Source: an uncultured bacterium (GTDB lineage Bacteria > Fidelibacterota > Marinisomatia > SCGC-AAA003-L08 > D37C17). From it: DNA of 64,000 nt. The translations under genes and the position numbers were made by a program. The notes under the pieces are model-generated. The model had not been told where the DNA came from and searched no databases. It saw nothing but the letters and a program-made list of their open reading frames with translations. The stretch lies in contig CAYFMU010000006.1 in the NCBI GenBank assembly GCA_964344315.1, positions 7,025 through 71,024 on the forward strand, written 5' to 3'. Shown here one piece after another: positions 9,872-19,526 of the stretch (within the stretch, counting starts at the first letter, position 1; every line of letters begins with the position of its first letter).

Positions 9872-9873
9872 AT

Positions 9874-10212
9874 TTATTTCTTTAATGCTTCACGTTTCTT
9901 TTTATATTCTTCTTTTAGTTGAATTATTTCAGCTTTTCGTTTTTTCTTTAGCCGTTCAATTTCTTTGGTATAATATTCGTGAATAGCCAACTTTTCAGCC
10001 TCAAACGCTTTTCGTAGCTTATCTTTTTCAGCTTGAAATTCATTGATTTTTTTCATGTTCTTCTTTTTCATGGGCTTCACAACATTTTGAGAATCTTTTT
10101 GCTCAATTTTTTTGGCATCAGGTTTTTTCTCAACTTTGGTGATACCTTTTTGTGATACGGCAAGGCTTAAGAAAAGAATACTGATTATAAAGAATTTAAT
10201 ATTAGTGTTCAT
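9874..10212 (-). CDS. Small secreted lysine-rich coiled-coil protein (hypothetical)
   Basis: 112 aa. Signal-like N-terminus FFIISILFLSLAVS, then a highly charged K/E-rich sequence. No recognisable catalytic motif. Confidence 0.5.
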   Translation of the reverse strand: MNTNIKFFIISILFLSLAVSQKGITKVEKKPDAKKIEQKDSQNVVKPMKKKNMKKINEFQAEKDKLRKAFEAEKLAIHEYYTKEIERLKKKRKAEIIQLKEEYKKKREALKK

Positions 10213-10271
10213 TGTTTGTCTCCTTAATTGGCAGTTAAGTTAATTCAATATAGATATATCTACAAATAAAC

Positions 10272-11540
10272 TTATTGCATAAGAATTTCATCTCTACCGG
10301 GACCTGTTGAAATAATGGTGATTGGAGTTTTCATTACCTTTTCCAAACTAGAGATATAGTCTTGTGCGGCCTGAGGGAGGTCTTCAAACTTGTCTATTCC
10401 AGATGTGGTACAATTCCACCCTTTATATGTTTTATAAATTGGCTTTACATCATCTAGCCTATGCAAAAATTCGGACATGTGGGTAGTTTCTTTTCCATCT
10501 ACTTCGTATGCCACACATACATTAATTTCTTCAAAATGATCAAGGATGTCTAATTTTGTAAGCGCTACATCAGTTAAACCATTGACTCTGGCCGCATATA
10601 AAGCAGCAACACCATCAAACCATCCACATCGTCGAGGTCTCCCAGTGGTTGCTCCATATTCATGCCCTAAATCTCGGAGCTTTTGGCCATCTTCATCAAA
10701 CAGCTCTGTAGGAAAAGGCCCAGTTCCCACACGTGTTGTGTATGCTTTTAATATACCAATAATATTATTAACCTTCGATGCAGGCAATCCAAGACCTGTG
10801 GCGATTCCCGCAGATGACGCAGATGAGGATGTAACAAATGGATAAGTTCCATGATCTACATCTAATAATGTACCTTGTGCGCCCTCAATGAGAATTTCTT
10901 TACTACTTTCCACATGTTCATGTATCGTAGCGAAAGTATCGATTACAAGAGGTGCAATCTGTTTTGCGCAATCTAAAAATTTGCTAAATTGAGGTTTCAA
11001 ATCATCTTTAGCGGAAGATGACAATTCACCAGATGAAATAGCTAAATCAAGTTTATCATTGAGTTTTTGTTGGAGAGAATCTTGATCTAATAAATCAACC
11101 CCACGTATCCCAATTCGATTATATTTATCCACATACGTTGGCCCAATTCCTCTCCCCGTAGTGCCAATTCTATTATTCGTTGCAGCTTCTGTTGCCACAT
11201 CTACGGCCTTATGGATTGGTGTTACAATATGTGCATTTAAGGCAACTTGAATTTTATCTGTTGTAGAAAATCCATGGGACTCGACCATTTCAATTTCTTC
11301 GACCAAACCAATGGGGTCTACAACCATACCATTACCTAAAATACATAAGCAGTCATCACGTAGAATTCCTGAAGGAATTTGATGGAGTACCACTTTAATA
11401 TCGCCATGATATACGGTATGACCGGCATTTGCACCGCCTTGGTAACGTGCTACAATTTTAGAATTTTTGCTGAGTAAATCAACAATTTTACCTTTGCCTT
11501 CGTCACCCCATTGCCCACCAACAATTGCTTTAATTGACAT
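10272..11540 (-). CDS. purA: Adenylosuccinate synthetase
   Basis: N-terminal GGQWGDEGKGKIVD P-loop, a GTTGRGIGP block, and 422 aa. Confidence 0.96.
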   Translation of the reverse strand: MSIKAIVGGQWGDEGKGKIVDLLSKNSKIVARYQGGANAGHTVYHGDIKVVLHQIPSGILRDDCLCILGNGMVVDPIGLVEEIEMVESHGFSTTDKIQVALNAHIVTPIHKAVDVATEAATNNRIGTTGRGIGPTYVDKYNRIGIRGVDLLDQDSLQQKLNDKLDLAISSGELSSSAKDDLKPQFSKFLDCAKQIAPLVIDTFATIHEHVESSKEILIEGAQGTLLDVDHGTYPFVTSSSASSAGIATGLGLPASKVNNIIGILKAYTTRVGTGPFPTELFDEDGQKLRDLGHEYGATTGRPRRCGWFDGVAALYAARVNGLTDVALTKLDILDHFEEINVCVAYEVDGKETTHMSEFLHRLDDVKPIYKTYKGWNCTTSGIDKFEDLPQAAQDYISSLEKVMKTPITIISTGPGRDEILMQ

Positions 11541-11561
11541 TTAAATTCCTTTGTTTTGCGT

Positions 11562-11590
11562 AAAAAAACTCCGACACCATCGGAGTTTTT
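11562..11590 (-). terminator. Rho-independent terminator after sodN
   Basis: Stem ACTCCGA / TCGGAGT with a 5-nt loop, flanked by A7 and T5 runs. It lies between the sodN stop and the purA start. Confidence 0.72.
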
Positions 11591-11621
11591 AAGTTTTGAT
11601 TATGTTCTTATAAAAAAATAC

Positions 11622-12116
11622 TCAATTTTTATGTCTTAAGTTGATAAGATGTGATTTCCCATGTTCATCAAAATAGATATCAACCAATTGATTTAACGCT
11701 GAGGATAAACTTTCCACATATTTTTTATCTACATTTTGTTTACATTTCATGGCATAAAAAATGATTTTTTGACATGAAGTTGTTAGTTTAACATATTTTT
11801 CATATCCATCATCATTTTTACTTTTGGGTTTTAATCGTTGTGCAAGAAAATATTCTGAAACAACATTTTGAATATTCTGTGCATGAGTTTCTTTATTATT
11901 AACCCATCGAATCAATTGCTGTTGATTTTGGGCATTCTTTTCCATTTTATCAAGCTCATTAATTTTAATTATAGACTTACTAATGGTACTTATATCTTCC
12001 TCTATAATTAATATCCGTAATGCATCATCATATATCCCACAGGGAATTTGACAATGTGCTGATAAAAAATTTATGCAACAAAATGGTAGTAGCAGCAATA
12101 TGATTAATTTTTTCAT
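11622..12116 (-). CDS. sodN: Nickel-containing superoxide dismutase precursor
   Basis: The 20-aa leader MKKLIILLLLPFCCINFLSA is followed by HCQIPCGIYDD, which matches the Ni-hook motif HCxxPCGxY. The start ATG overlaps the secF stop (ATGA). Confidence 0.85.
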   Translation of the reverse strand: MKKLIILLLLPFCCINFLSAHCQIPCGIYDDALRILIIEEDISTISKSIIKINELDKMEKNAQNQQQLIRWVNNKETHAQNIQNVVSEYFLAQRLKPKSKNDDGYEKYVKLTTSCQKIIFYAMKCKQNVDKKYVESLSSALNQLVDIYFDEHGKSHLINLRHKN

Positions 12117-12997
12117 GATTGTTTTGCTTTATTTTTTTCTTCAAAATACATCATAACAGGACTTGCCACATAGATAGATGAATATGTACCCACAACTACA
12201 CCAACAATGAGAGCAAAGGCAAAATTCTTAATAACTTCACCACCAAATAGGTAGAGAATAAACACCACTGCAAATGTGGTAAATGAAGTTACAATGGTTC
12301 TTCCCAATGTGCTATTTAATGATAGGTTTACAATAGTATCTAATGTCTCCCGTGCATGTTTAACCACATTTTCTCTAATTCTATCAAATACTACAATAGT
12401 ATCATTAAGTGAGTAACCTACAATAGTTAAGAACGCCGCCACAATGGTCAAGTCTATTTCGATGCCCATTAATGAGAAAATTCCTAATGTTATAAGAACA
12501 TCGTGTACTAATGCTACCACTGATCCATATGCATAGAATCTATCAAATCGGAATGAAATATATATGAGAATTAATAGAAGTGAAACCAATATTGCACTCA
12601 TCGCATCAGATTGTAATTCTTTCCCAATCTTAGGTCCAACTGACTCAATCCTTCGAATAGAAAACTCTTTTTCAATAGCAGATTTTAAATTTGCTTGAAG
12701 TTCTGTATTTGATCCAGAATATTGTGTTTTTAGCAAGATTTCATTGGTTGCACCAAAGGTTATTATTTCTGCTTTACCAATTTTAGATGATGCCAATGTT
12801 GAACGTAGTTCAGGGACATTCACATCATTCTCAAATTGAAGTTGTGCAATAGTTCCACCTGTAAAGTCAATTGATAATGAAGGACCTCCCTTAGTAATTA
12901 AGGAAGATAGCCCTATTACTATAAAAGCTAAAGATACAATTCTTGCGATTTTTCGCTTACTTACAAAATCAATATTCGAATTTTTAAATAATCTCAT
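12113..12997 (-). CDS. secF: Protein translocase subunit SecF
   Basis: 294 aa with six hydrophobic segments and a typical SecF block (DTIVVFDRIREN). Its start overlaps the secD stop. Confidence 0.9.
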   Translation of the reverse strand: MRLFKNSNIDFVSKRKIARIVSLAFIVIGLSSLITKGGPSLSIDFTGGTIAQLQFENDVNVPELRSTLASSKIGKAEIITFGATNEILLKTQYSGSNTELQANLKSAIEKEFSIRRIESVGPKIGKELQSDAMSAILVSLLLILIYISFRFDRFYAYGSVVALVHDVLITLGIFSLMGIEIDLTIVAAFLTIVGYSLNDTIVVFDRIRENVVKHARETLDTIVNLSLNSTLGRTIVTSFTTFAVVFILYLFGGEVIKNFAFALIVGVVVGTYSSIYVASPVMMYFEEKNKAKQS

Positions 12998-14874
12998 TAT
13001 ATACTCAATTTATCAAGGGGTTTGTTGGCAGTCATTATCATAAAAATAGTTCGTGTGATAAAGACTGCAGTGAACATAGAACAAATAATACCAGCACTAA
13101 GGGTAACTGCAAACCCTTTAATGGGCCCAGAACCAATCCATGCCAATACAAATGCAGCTATCAGGGTAGTAACATTGGCATCCAATATAGTAATAAAAGC
13201 ATGCTCATAACCAGAGTTGATAGCTGCTTTCACTGTTTTTCCCACATCTAATTCTTCTCTAATTCTTTCAAAGATGATTACATTAGCATCCACTGCCATA
13301 CCGATAGTCAAAATTAATCCTGCAATACCGGGAAGTGTGAGGGTGGCATTCATACCAGCCAATACTGCTACTACGATAATAATATTAAGTAGAAGTGCAA
13401 TGTTTGCTAAAATTCCCGACCCTCTATAATAAAGTAGCATGAAAACCATTACAATAGAGAATCCAATTAACATTGCTTGTCGACCAGAATTTATTGAATC
13501 GTGTCCCAAAGATGGTCCCACAGTTCGTTCTTCAATAATATTTACTGGTGCAGGAAGTTCACCTGCTCGTAATACATTTGCAATATCCTTGGCTTCATTG
13601 GCATCAGCAAATCCACTAATTTGCGTACGCCCTCCAGGAATTTTATCACGAATTACGGGCGCCATAAACACTTTGTCATCCAGAACAATAGCTACCTGTT
13701 TGTCAATATTTGCCCCAGTGAATCTACTCCATTTTCGAGCACCTTCAGTGGTCATTTCCAAATTTACTACCCACTGTCCACTTACATCTGTACCTGCCGA
13801 TGCAATGGTTGCCTGTGGATTTTTCACCATACCACCTGCAATTTCTGGGTTATTTTTAACAAAGTATAATAATCTGTACTCAATAAAATTAGATTCGTCA
13901 ATTGGGGCTTTTTCGAATCGGCTACCCCAAATAAAACGGCCGTCTCGAGGTAGGACTGATTTTACATCTTCACGGGCAAGTATAGATTTTACGGATTCAT
14001 ACTCATTGGCTAAAACACCAACACCACCGGGCAGGCCACGAAGATAACCAGAAAATGGTGTTTCGGCTAAAATCTCATTGGGGGTTGAAATAATCCCTGT
14101 TAAATCATTTTGTTCATCAACTTCTGCAAAAATATCATCAACACCACCTGTTGTGGTAGTATCATTATCAGCAGCCTTCTCTGAGGGTTGTGTTTTAAAA
14201 TCTTCTGCTGACAACAATACTTTATCAATTTTCTCTAATGTGCTTTGTAGCTTTTCATTGAGTACTAAAGTAAATTCTAACGATGCGGTTCGCTGAATAA
14301 GTTTTCGTGCACGGTTAGCGTCGTTAATTCCTGCCAATTCTACAATGATACGATTCCGACCATATTTTTGAATATTGGGTTCAGCGACCCCAAATTCATC
14401 AACACGATTTCTAATAATTTCTAACGCAGCATTTATAGCATCATCACGTTGTGCTCGGAGAGCCTCAATAATGCTAGCATTATCCCGAGTGGAGGACAAA
14501 TCCGTATAATATCTCACTAAACGAAGTTCATGAGCATTTGCCAACGTTTCAAATTCACCAAAGAAATCAGTACGCAACTCAACAGACCGTTGCTCTGCTG
14601 TTTCAATAGTTTTCATTAACTCGTCTGGCTTTTTAGATGCTAACTTCCGAACGAGTGTTGGGATATCCGCTTCAAGCAACACATACATGCCCCCTTGTAA
14701 ATCTAAACCTAAATTAATAGATTGAGATTGAAGGAGTTTTAAATCTACATGTGCAATGTTAGACTTTTCCTCTTCAGAGAGTGTATAATAATTATATGTG
14801 GGGAAGATTTTATATGCAGCTGCAAGAACCACCAATAAAATAACTACACCACGAACTTTTAAATCTTTGAACAT
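12997..14874 (-). CDS. secD: Protein translocase subunit SecD
   Basis: About 625 aa with a large periplasmic domain and a C-terminal 6-TM block (DANVIIFERIREE). The first ATG is at 14874; the ORF-track start at 14877 is TTG. Confidence 0.9.
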   Translation of the reverse strand: MFKDLKVRGVVILLVVLAAAYKIFPTYNYYTLSEEEKSNIAHVDLKLLQSQSINLGLDLQGGMYVLLEADIPTLVRKLASKKPDELMKTIETAEQRSVELRTDFFGEFETLANAHELRLVRYYTDLSSTRDNASIIEALRAQRDDAINAALEIIRNRVDEFGVAEPNIQKYGRNRIIVELAGINDANRARKLIQRTASLEFTLVLNEKLQSTLEKIDKVLLSAEDFKTQPSEKAADNDTTTTGGVDDIFAEVDEQNDLTGIISTPNEILAETPFSGYLRGLPGGVGVLANEYESVKSILAREDVKSVLPRDGRFIWGSRFEKAPIDESNFIEYRLLYFVKNNPEIAGGMVKNPQATIASAGTDVSGQWVVNLEMTTEGARKWSRFTGANIDKQVAIVLDDKVFMAPVIRDKIPGGRTQISGFADANEAKDIANVLRAGELPAPVNIIEERTVGPSLGHDSINSGRQAMLIGFSIVMVFMLLYYRGSGILANIALLLNIIIVVAVLAGMNATLTLPGIAGLILTIGMAVDANVIIFERIREELDVGKTVKAAINSGYEHAFITILDANVTTLIAAFVLAWIGSGPIKGFAVTLSAGIICSMFTAVFITRTIFMIMTANKPLDKLSI

Positions 14875-15043
14875 CAACTTTCCTTAGATAATAATTTTTA
14901 TAAAATGTATAAATTTGATACGAAAAAATGCACGCCAATTTACGCAGTTCATTTTTCTATATCAAAAGGCAAAAATGCACATAACGCTGTATTGCATAAG
15001 ACTTTTACTCACGGTAAATTTCAGCCCTTGATTTATATCCATT

Positions 15044-15820
15044 ATGAAATTATTTAATACAAAAACAATCGCAATATCTAATCAAAAGGGCGGTGTAGGT
15101 AAAACGACATCGGCTGTGAACATTGCCTCCTATTTGGCGGTTACAGAAACACCCACGCTTCTTATCGACATGGATCCACAGGCAAATGCCACATCTGGAA
15201 TTGGCATTGAAGTGGGAAGTTATAAAAAATCCGTTTATGATTTGATTATTGGGAATGCCAAAGCGAAAGACTGTATTCAGAAAACGGAACTAGAATTTTT
15301 AGACGTCATTCCCTCAAGTGCGCAGCTGGTAGGTGCGGAGGTGGAGCTCGTAAGTATGTTCTCCCGTGAAAAAATGTTGAAAGAGGCGTTGGAAGAGATT
15401 GATGGCAAATATAAATTCGTAATTATTGATAGTCCGCCTTCTTTGGGACTATTAACGGTGAATGTATTGACGGCAGCAGATTCTATTATTATCCCTATTC
15501 AATGTGAATATTATGCATTGGAAGGGTTATCACAATTGCTAAACAGTATTCGATTGGTTCAAAAACATTTAAATCCTAATTTAGAAATTGAGGGAATTCT
15601 CATAACTATGTATGATAATAGACTCAATCTTTCCCGTCAAGTAGTGAATGAGGTAAAAGAGTATTTCGATTCAAAGGTTTACAAAACATTCATCAAGCGA
15701 AATGTCCGTTTAGGTGAAGCCCCTAGCCACGGAAAACCAATTTTACTTTATGATGCGTCCTCTATGGGAGCGCAAAATTATATGAATTTAGTATCAGAAA
15801 TATTGGCGGCAAATGAGTAA
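15044..15820 (+). CDS. parA: Chromosome partitioning ATPase ParA/Soj
   Basis: Deviant Walker A motif NQKGGVGKTT, 258 aa, directly followed by parB. Confidence 0.92.
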   Translation: MKLFNTKTIAISNQKGGVGKTTSAVNIASYLAVTETPTLLIDMDPQANATSGIGIEVGSYKKSVYDLIIGNAKAKDCIQKTELEFLDVIPSSAQLVGAEVELVSMFSREKMLKEALEEIDGKYKFVIIDSPPSLGLLTVNVLTAADSIIIPIQCEYYALEGLSQLLNSIRLVQKHLNPNLEIEGILITMYDNRLNLSRQVVNEVKEYFDSKVYKTFIKRNVRLGEAPSHGKPILLYDASSMGAQNYMNLVSEILAANE

Positions 15821-16682
15821 GCGACTAGGCAAGGGAATTGAAGCATTAATTTCTTCATATAATACTGAGGAAAACGACAGGTACATTGATGGGGCAATCC
15901 CACTTAAAAATATTGTACCCAATAAGAACCAGCCGCGAAAGTCATTTGATAATGACGCCATGGAAGAACTGAAAAATTCTATTGCTGAAAATGGTGTGCT
16001 TCAGCCAATTACCGTTCGTCAAATTGGTAATGAAAAATATGAGATCATATCTGGAGAGCGCAGATACCGTTCAGCGTTAGCCTTAAATCTTGAATCAATC
16101 CCTGCCTACATTCTTAGTGTAGATACCGATGCTGAAATGATGGAATTTGCGATTATTGAAAATGTTCAGCGTGAAAATTTAAACCCAGTGGAAGAAGCAG
16201 AAGGTTATGCTATCTTAAATGATAAATATGGATTATCTCAAGAGGAAATTGCACAAAAAGTAGGTAAGAGTAGGCCAGAAATTGCAAATACCTTGAGATT
16301 GATTAAACTACCTCCTAATATTAGATCCAGCCTAAAGTTATCTAGAGAAGAAGGTGGTATCTCTAAGGGTCATGCGAGAGCACTGCTCACATTGAAAGAT
16401 GAACAGAAAATTCAAACCATGTTTCAACGAATTATTGGCGAAGGATTATCCGTTCGCCAAACGGAGGCACTGGTAAAAAACATATCTACAAAAAAACCGT
16501 CATCAACCAAAAAAATAAAACCCCAAAAAACCGATTCAAATCTCTCTAAAATCGAGAGTGATTTAATGTCATCACTTGGTACAAAAGTGATAATTCAGAA
16601 ATCTGCAAAGGGCAAAGGAAGAATTAGCATTGAGTACTATTCAGACGATGAATTAGAGCGATTAATAGAACTTCTTTCCTAA
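15813..16682 (+). CDS. parB: Chromosome partitioning protein ParB/Spo0J
   Basis: ParB box LQPITVR...YEIISGERRYRSA and an HTH region (SQEEIAQKVGKSRPEIANTLRL). It overlaps parA by 8 nt. Confidence 0.92.
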   Translation: MSKRLGKGIEALISSYNTEENDRYIDGAIPLKNIVPNKNQPRKSFDNDAMEELKNSIAENGVLQPITVRQIGNEKYEIISGERRYRSALALNLESIPAYILSVDTDAEMMEFAIIENVQRENLNPVEEAEGYAILNDKYGLSQEEIAQKVGKSRPEIANTLRLIKLPPNIRSSLKLSREEGGISKGHARALLTLKDEQKIQTMFQRIIGEGLSVRQTEALVKNISTKKPSSTKKIKPQKTDSNLSKIESDLMSSLGTKVIIQKSAKGKGRISIEYYSDDELERLIELLS

Positions 16683-16766
16683 ACTTTAAAATAGTAATCA
16701 TAAAGGACTAAAAAAGATTTGCTGGCAGGATTCAACAAGCCGTAAATTTGGCGTCTGTACAGTGCA

Positions 16767-17462
16767 ATGAAATCCAAGTTTTATACAGTTTTTATCGCAT
16801 CCGATAAGGATGAATATGGAAAATCATTTCGACTTCCATCAGTTTTTTTTAAAGCACTGGCGTTTTTTGGAATAGTGATCATAGGTTTATCTGCTGTTGG
16901 CATCATGCGTATTATTGGTAAGGATGAACTGACTAAAGAATTGGGCGAGTTAAGAACTTTCAAAGTACAAGCGAAGCAAATTATTGAAGATGTGCATTCA
17001 ATTTCTGATAGTACGGGAAAATATGAAGAATTTTTATCAACAATGTTTGCCAAACAGGATAGCTCACTACCATCATCGCCTCCAGTAGATGGGTATGTAA
17101 CTCAAGGATTACATGTGCGGAATGATGGAAGTAGCCATGATGGTATAGACGTGGCTGCACCTTATGGGGCAGAAATTAAATCTCCTGCTGCAGGTATGGT
17201 TATATTTTCTGGCAAAAGTCATGATACGGGGAATACCATAATTATTTCTCATGATTTTGGTTTTTATACATTATATGGTCACAATGATACAAATCTTGTA
17301 AGTGAGCGAGATATTGTACGCAAGGGGCAGGTCATTGGTAAAGTTGGTGATACGGGAAACAGTGAAGGTCCCCATTTACATTTTGAAATTTGGAAGAATA
17401 ACCGAGTGTTAGACCCTCGGGATTTAATTAAAGAATATAAGAAAAAAGATGTTTCAGTCTGA
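16767..17462 (+). CDS. Membrane-anchored M23 (LytM-type) peptidase
   Basis: N-terminal TM segment. Zn ligands HDGIDVAAPYG and GDTGNSEGPHLHFEIW. Confidence 0.87.
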   Translation: MKSKFYTVFIASDKDEYGKSFRLPSVFFKALAFFGIVIIGLSAVGIMRIIGKDELTKELGELRTFKVQAKQIIEDVHSISDSTGKYEEFLSTMFAKQDSSLPSSPPVDGYVTQGLHVRNDGSSHDGIDVAAPYGAEIKSPAAGMVIFSGKSHDTGNTIIISHDFGFYTLYGHNDTNLVSERDIVRKGQVIGKVGDTGNSEGPHLHFEIWKNNRVLDPRDLIKEYKKKDVSV

Positions 17463-17820
17463 TAAGCCAGATAGTAAAATGAGTTCAATTCTAGGACCAG
17501 AATTGGAAATTAACGGCGATGTAAAAGTTGCGGGAAGTTTGCTCATATATGGTAAAGTCTATGGAAACATTGAGTCAAACGGTACCGTTCGGACGGCAAA
17601 AGGGTCTGTGGTAAAGGGTGACATCAAAGCGAAAGATGCTGCAGTAAGTGGCCAAGTTGAAGGTGATTTGATTGTAAACTCAAAGGTTACATTGGGTGAC
17701 ACATCACTTCTTACAGGAAATTTAAAGGCAGCAATCTTAACCATTGAAGAAGGCGCAAAATTTGAAGGTGTATGTAATATGCATACTGGAAAATCTGCAC
17801 CTGAAACAAAATCTGAATAA
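17449..17820 (+). CDS. Bactofilin (polymer-forming cytoskeletal protein)
   Basis: 123 aa of repetitive beta-helix-type sequence (GDVKVAGSLLIYGKVYGNIES...GDIKAKDAAVSGQVEGDL...). It overlaps the M23 gene by 14 nt. Confidence 0.85.
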   Translation: MFQSDKPDSKMSSILGPELEINGDVKVAGSLLIYGKVYGNIESNGTVRTAKGSVVKGDIKAKDAAVSGQVEGDLIVNSKVTLGDTSLLTGNLKAAILTIEEGAKFEGVCNMHTGKSAPETKSE

Positions 17821-18017
17821 TGCCAAAGCAGCCCATGGATTGGATGCAATACTCTGGTGTAGGTATCCAAATGGTAGCCACTATGCTAATATGTTTATGG
17901 TTGGGGTCTAAGGCAGAAGAATTATGGGGGTTCCCATCTCCCTGGGGTCAATTAGGTGGGTTGTTTTTGGGAGTATTTGCTTCCATATACAATTTGATTA
18001 AATCAATTAGTAAATGA
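17820..18017 (+). CDS. atpZ: AtpZ/AtpI-family small membrane protein
   Basis: 65 aa with two hydrophobic helices. It lies immediately 5' of the F-ATPase genes, and its start sits in a TAATG overlap with the bactofilin stop. Confidence 0.6.
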   Translation: MPKQPMDWMQYSGVGIQMVATMLICLWLGSKAEELWGFPSPWGQLGGLFLGVFASIYNLIKSISK

Positions 18018-18400
18018 AGCGCTTTTTAAAAACATTAGCTATTGAAACTGTTGTAATTGTTGCAGTGGGAATATTTCCCTTTCTTTCATGGGGTAGCCAA
18101 TATTGGTTTGAATTCTTATGTGCTTTTTCCATAAGTCTGCTAAATGCCCTTGTAGGTTACTATATCGCAATTCATGCAATTTCAAAAGGCAATACAGATT
18201 TTTATAAAATGGTCTATGGCGGGATGTTGGCGAGAATGGCCTTTGTGTTGGGATTTATGATTTATATGATTTCCAATAATATTGTTGAGTCGATTCCGTT
18301 TTTCATCTCCACGATGATTTTTTATACAATTCATCAATGGACAGAGATTTCAGGATGGTTAAAAGAACTTCCTTCACGAAAGGTATCTATAAACGAATGA
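18014..18400 (+). CDS. atpI: ATP synthase protein I-like membrane protein
   Basis: 128 aa with four hydrophobic segments, positioned between atpZ and atpB. The call rests on position and topology only. Confidence 0.5.
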   Translation: MKRFLKTLAIETVVIVAVGIFPFLSWGSQYWFEFLCAFSISLLNALVGYYIAIHAISKGNTDFYKMVYGGMLARMAFVLGFMIYMISNNIVESIPFFISTMIFYTIHQWTEISGWLKELPSRKVSINE

Positions 18401-19500
18401 ATTTTAGTAAGAACTTAATTCTAACACTTAGTTTCTTATTTGCATTTACATTTGCAGCGAAAAAAGCTGATCACAATTACGGCCACGATAAACATAAGTC
18501 AGAGCATTATGGAAATCATGAAGGTGGTCACGACGATGGTGGTGTTACCGGAAAAGTGATTATTGATCACATTCAAGATGGAAAATATTTTGAAGTCCTA
18601 AAGCCGCTAAACCTACTTACTTATCTTAAAAAGAAGCTTACTGGAGAATTTAATTCAAAAAGTGATGAGTCTCATTACCTCCACGATAAAAAAAATAAGA
18701 TTTACACAGAGTTAAAGCTATATTCAAAAGAAAACCCTGATTATAACAAATGGGATAAGGTATTTCCAGCATTGGGTAGTTGGGTAAGTTGGAAAGCTGA
18801 TGGTTCAGGTGTAAAGGAAGATCCCAATCAATTATTCATCACTAAGCAATCTATCATGATGTTTTTGGCATCTATTTTACTTATTTTATTTTTTACGGTT
18901 GGATATAAAAAAGATCGAAAAGTTCAGTCTGGATTTGGAAATCTTTTAGAGGTATTTGTTGTATTTATCCGTGATGAGGTTGTGTATCCCAATATGGGTG
19001 AAAAGCAAGGGCGTCGATTTTTACCGCTTATCCTTACCTTTTTCTTTTTTATTGTTTTGTTAAACTTATTAGGGCTTGTCCCAGGAAGCGCTACCGCAAC
19101 AGCATCATTTAGTGTAACGGTAGGTTTAGCTTTAATTACATTTTTCACCTATATCATTTTTGGAAATAAAGATTTCTGGAAACATATTTTTGCAACTCCA
19201 GGAGTGCCTACATGGTTGTTGCCAATTATGATTCCCGTTGAAATTATTGGCTTATTCACAAAACCATTTGCATTATCAGTAAGGCTTTTGGCAAACATGA
19301 ATGCTGGACACATTATTATTTTAGCATTCTTGGGAATAATCATTAATATGAAAAGCTATGGTGCTGCGACTGGTGCCGTTCCCATGGCAGTGGCAATAAA
19401 CATGCTTGAATTGTTTGTTGCGTTTTTACAAGGTTACATCTTTTCATTACTGTCATCAATATTTATAGGAATGGCAGTAGTAGAACACGAACATCACTAA
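18397..19500 (+). CDS. atpB: F0F1 ATP synthase subunit a with long N-terminal extension
   Basis: C-terminal core with LSVRLLANMNAGH (the essential Arg). I prefer ATG 18397 (ATGA overlap with the atpI stop) over the ORF-track start at 18337. The N-terminus has a signal-like segment and a His-rich stretch. Confidence 0.85.
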   Translation: MNFSKNLILTLSFLFAFTFAAKKADHNYGHDKHKSEHYGNHEGGHDDGGVTGKVIIDHIQDGKYFEVLKPLNLLTYLKKKLTGEFNSKSDESHYLHDKKNKIYTELKLYSKENPDYNKWDKVFPALGSWVSWKADGSGVKEDPNQLFITKQSIMMFLASILLILFFTVGYKKDRKVQSGFGNLLEVFVVFIRDEVVYPNMGEKQGRRFLPLILTFFFFIVLLNLLGLVPGSATATASFSVTVGLALITFFTYIIFGNKDFWKHIFATPGVPTWLLPIMIPVEIIGLFTKPFALSVRLLANMNAGHIIILAFLGIIINMKSYGAATGAVPMAVAINMLELFVAFLQGYIFSLLSSIFIGMAVVEHEHH

Positions 19501-19526
19501 ATAATACAATAGGAGTTAAAATAATA

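Noticed and set aside
13439-14047. 202-aa + strand ORF, and several other 60-130 aa ORFs, lying antisense inside secD, atpA/atpH, rocD, topA and other genes
   Set aside because: They are embedded antisense in genes with strong family signatures. Their sequences are low-complexity and motif-free, and they lack RBS signals. They are typical shadow ORFs in AT-rich DNA.
14925-14980. Direct repeat AAAAATGCAC occurring twice, 46 bp apart, in the secD/parA divergent intergenic region
   Set aside because: This is a short A-rich repeat, which is plausible by chance. No DnaA-box cluster or other origin-like features accompany it. I noted it only as a possible promoter-region element.
18337-18396. ORF-track start of atpB at 18337, overlapping atpI by 64 nt
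   Set aside because: ATG 18397 forms an ATGA overlap with the atpI stop and begins a signal-like N-terminus. The upstream 20 codons look like read-through of the atpI region in another frame.
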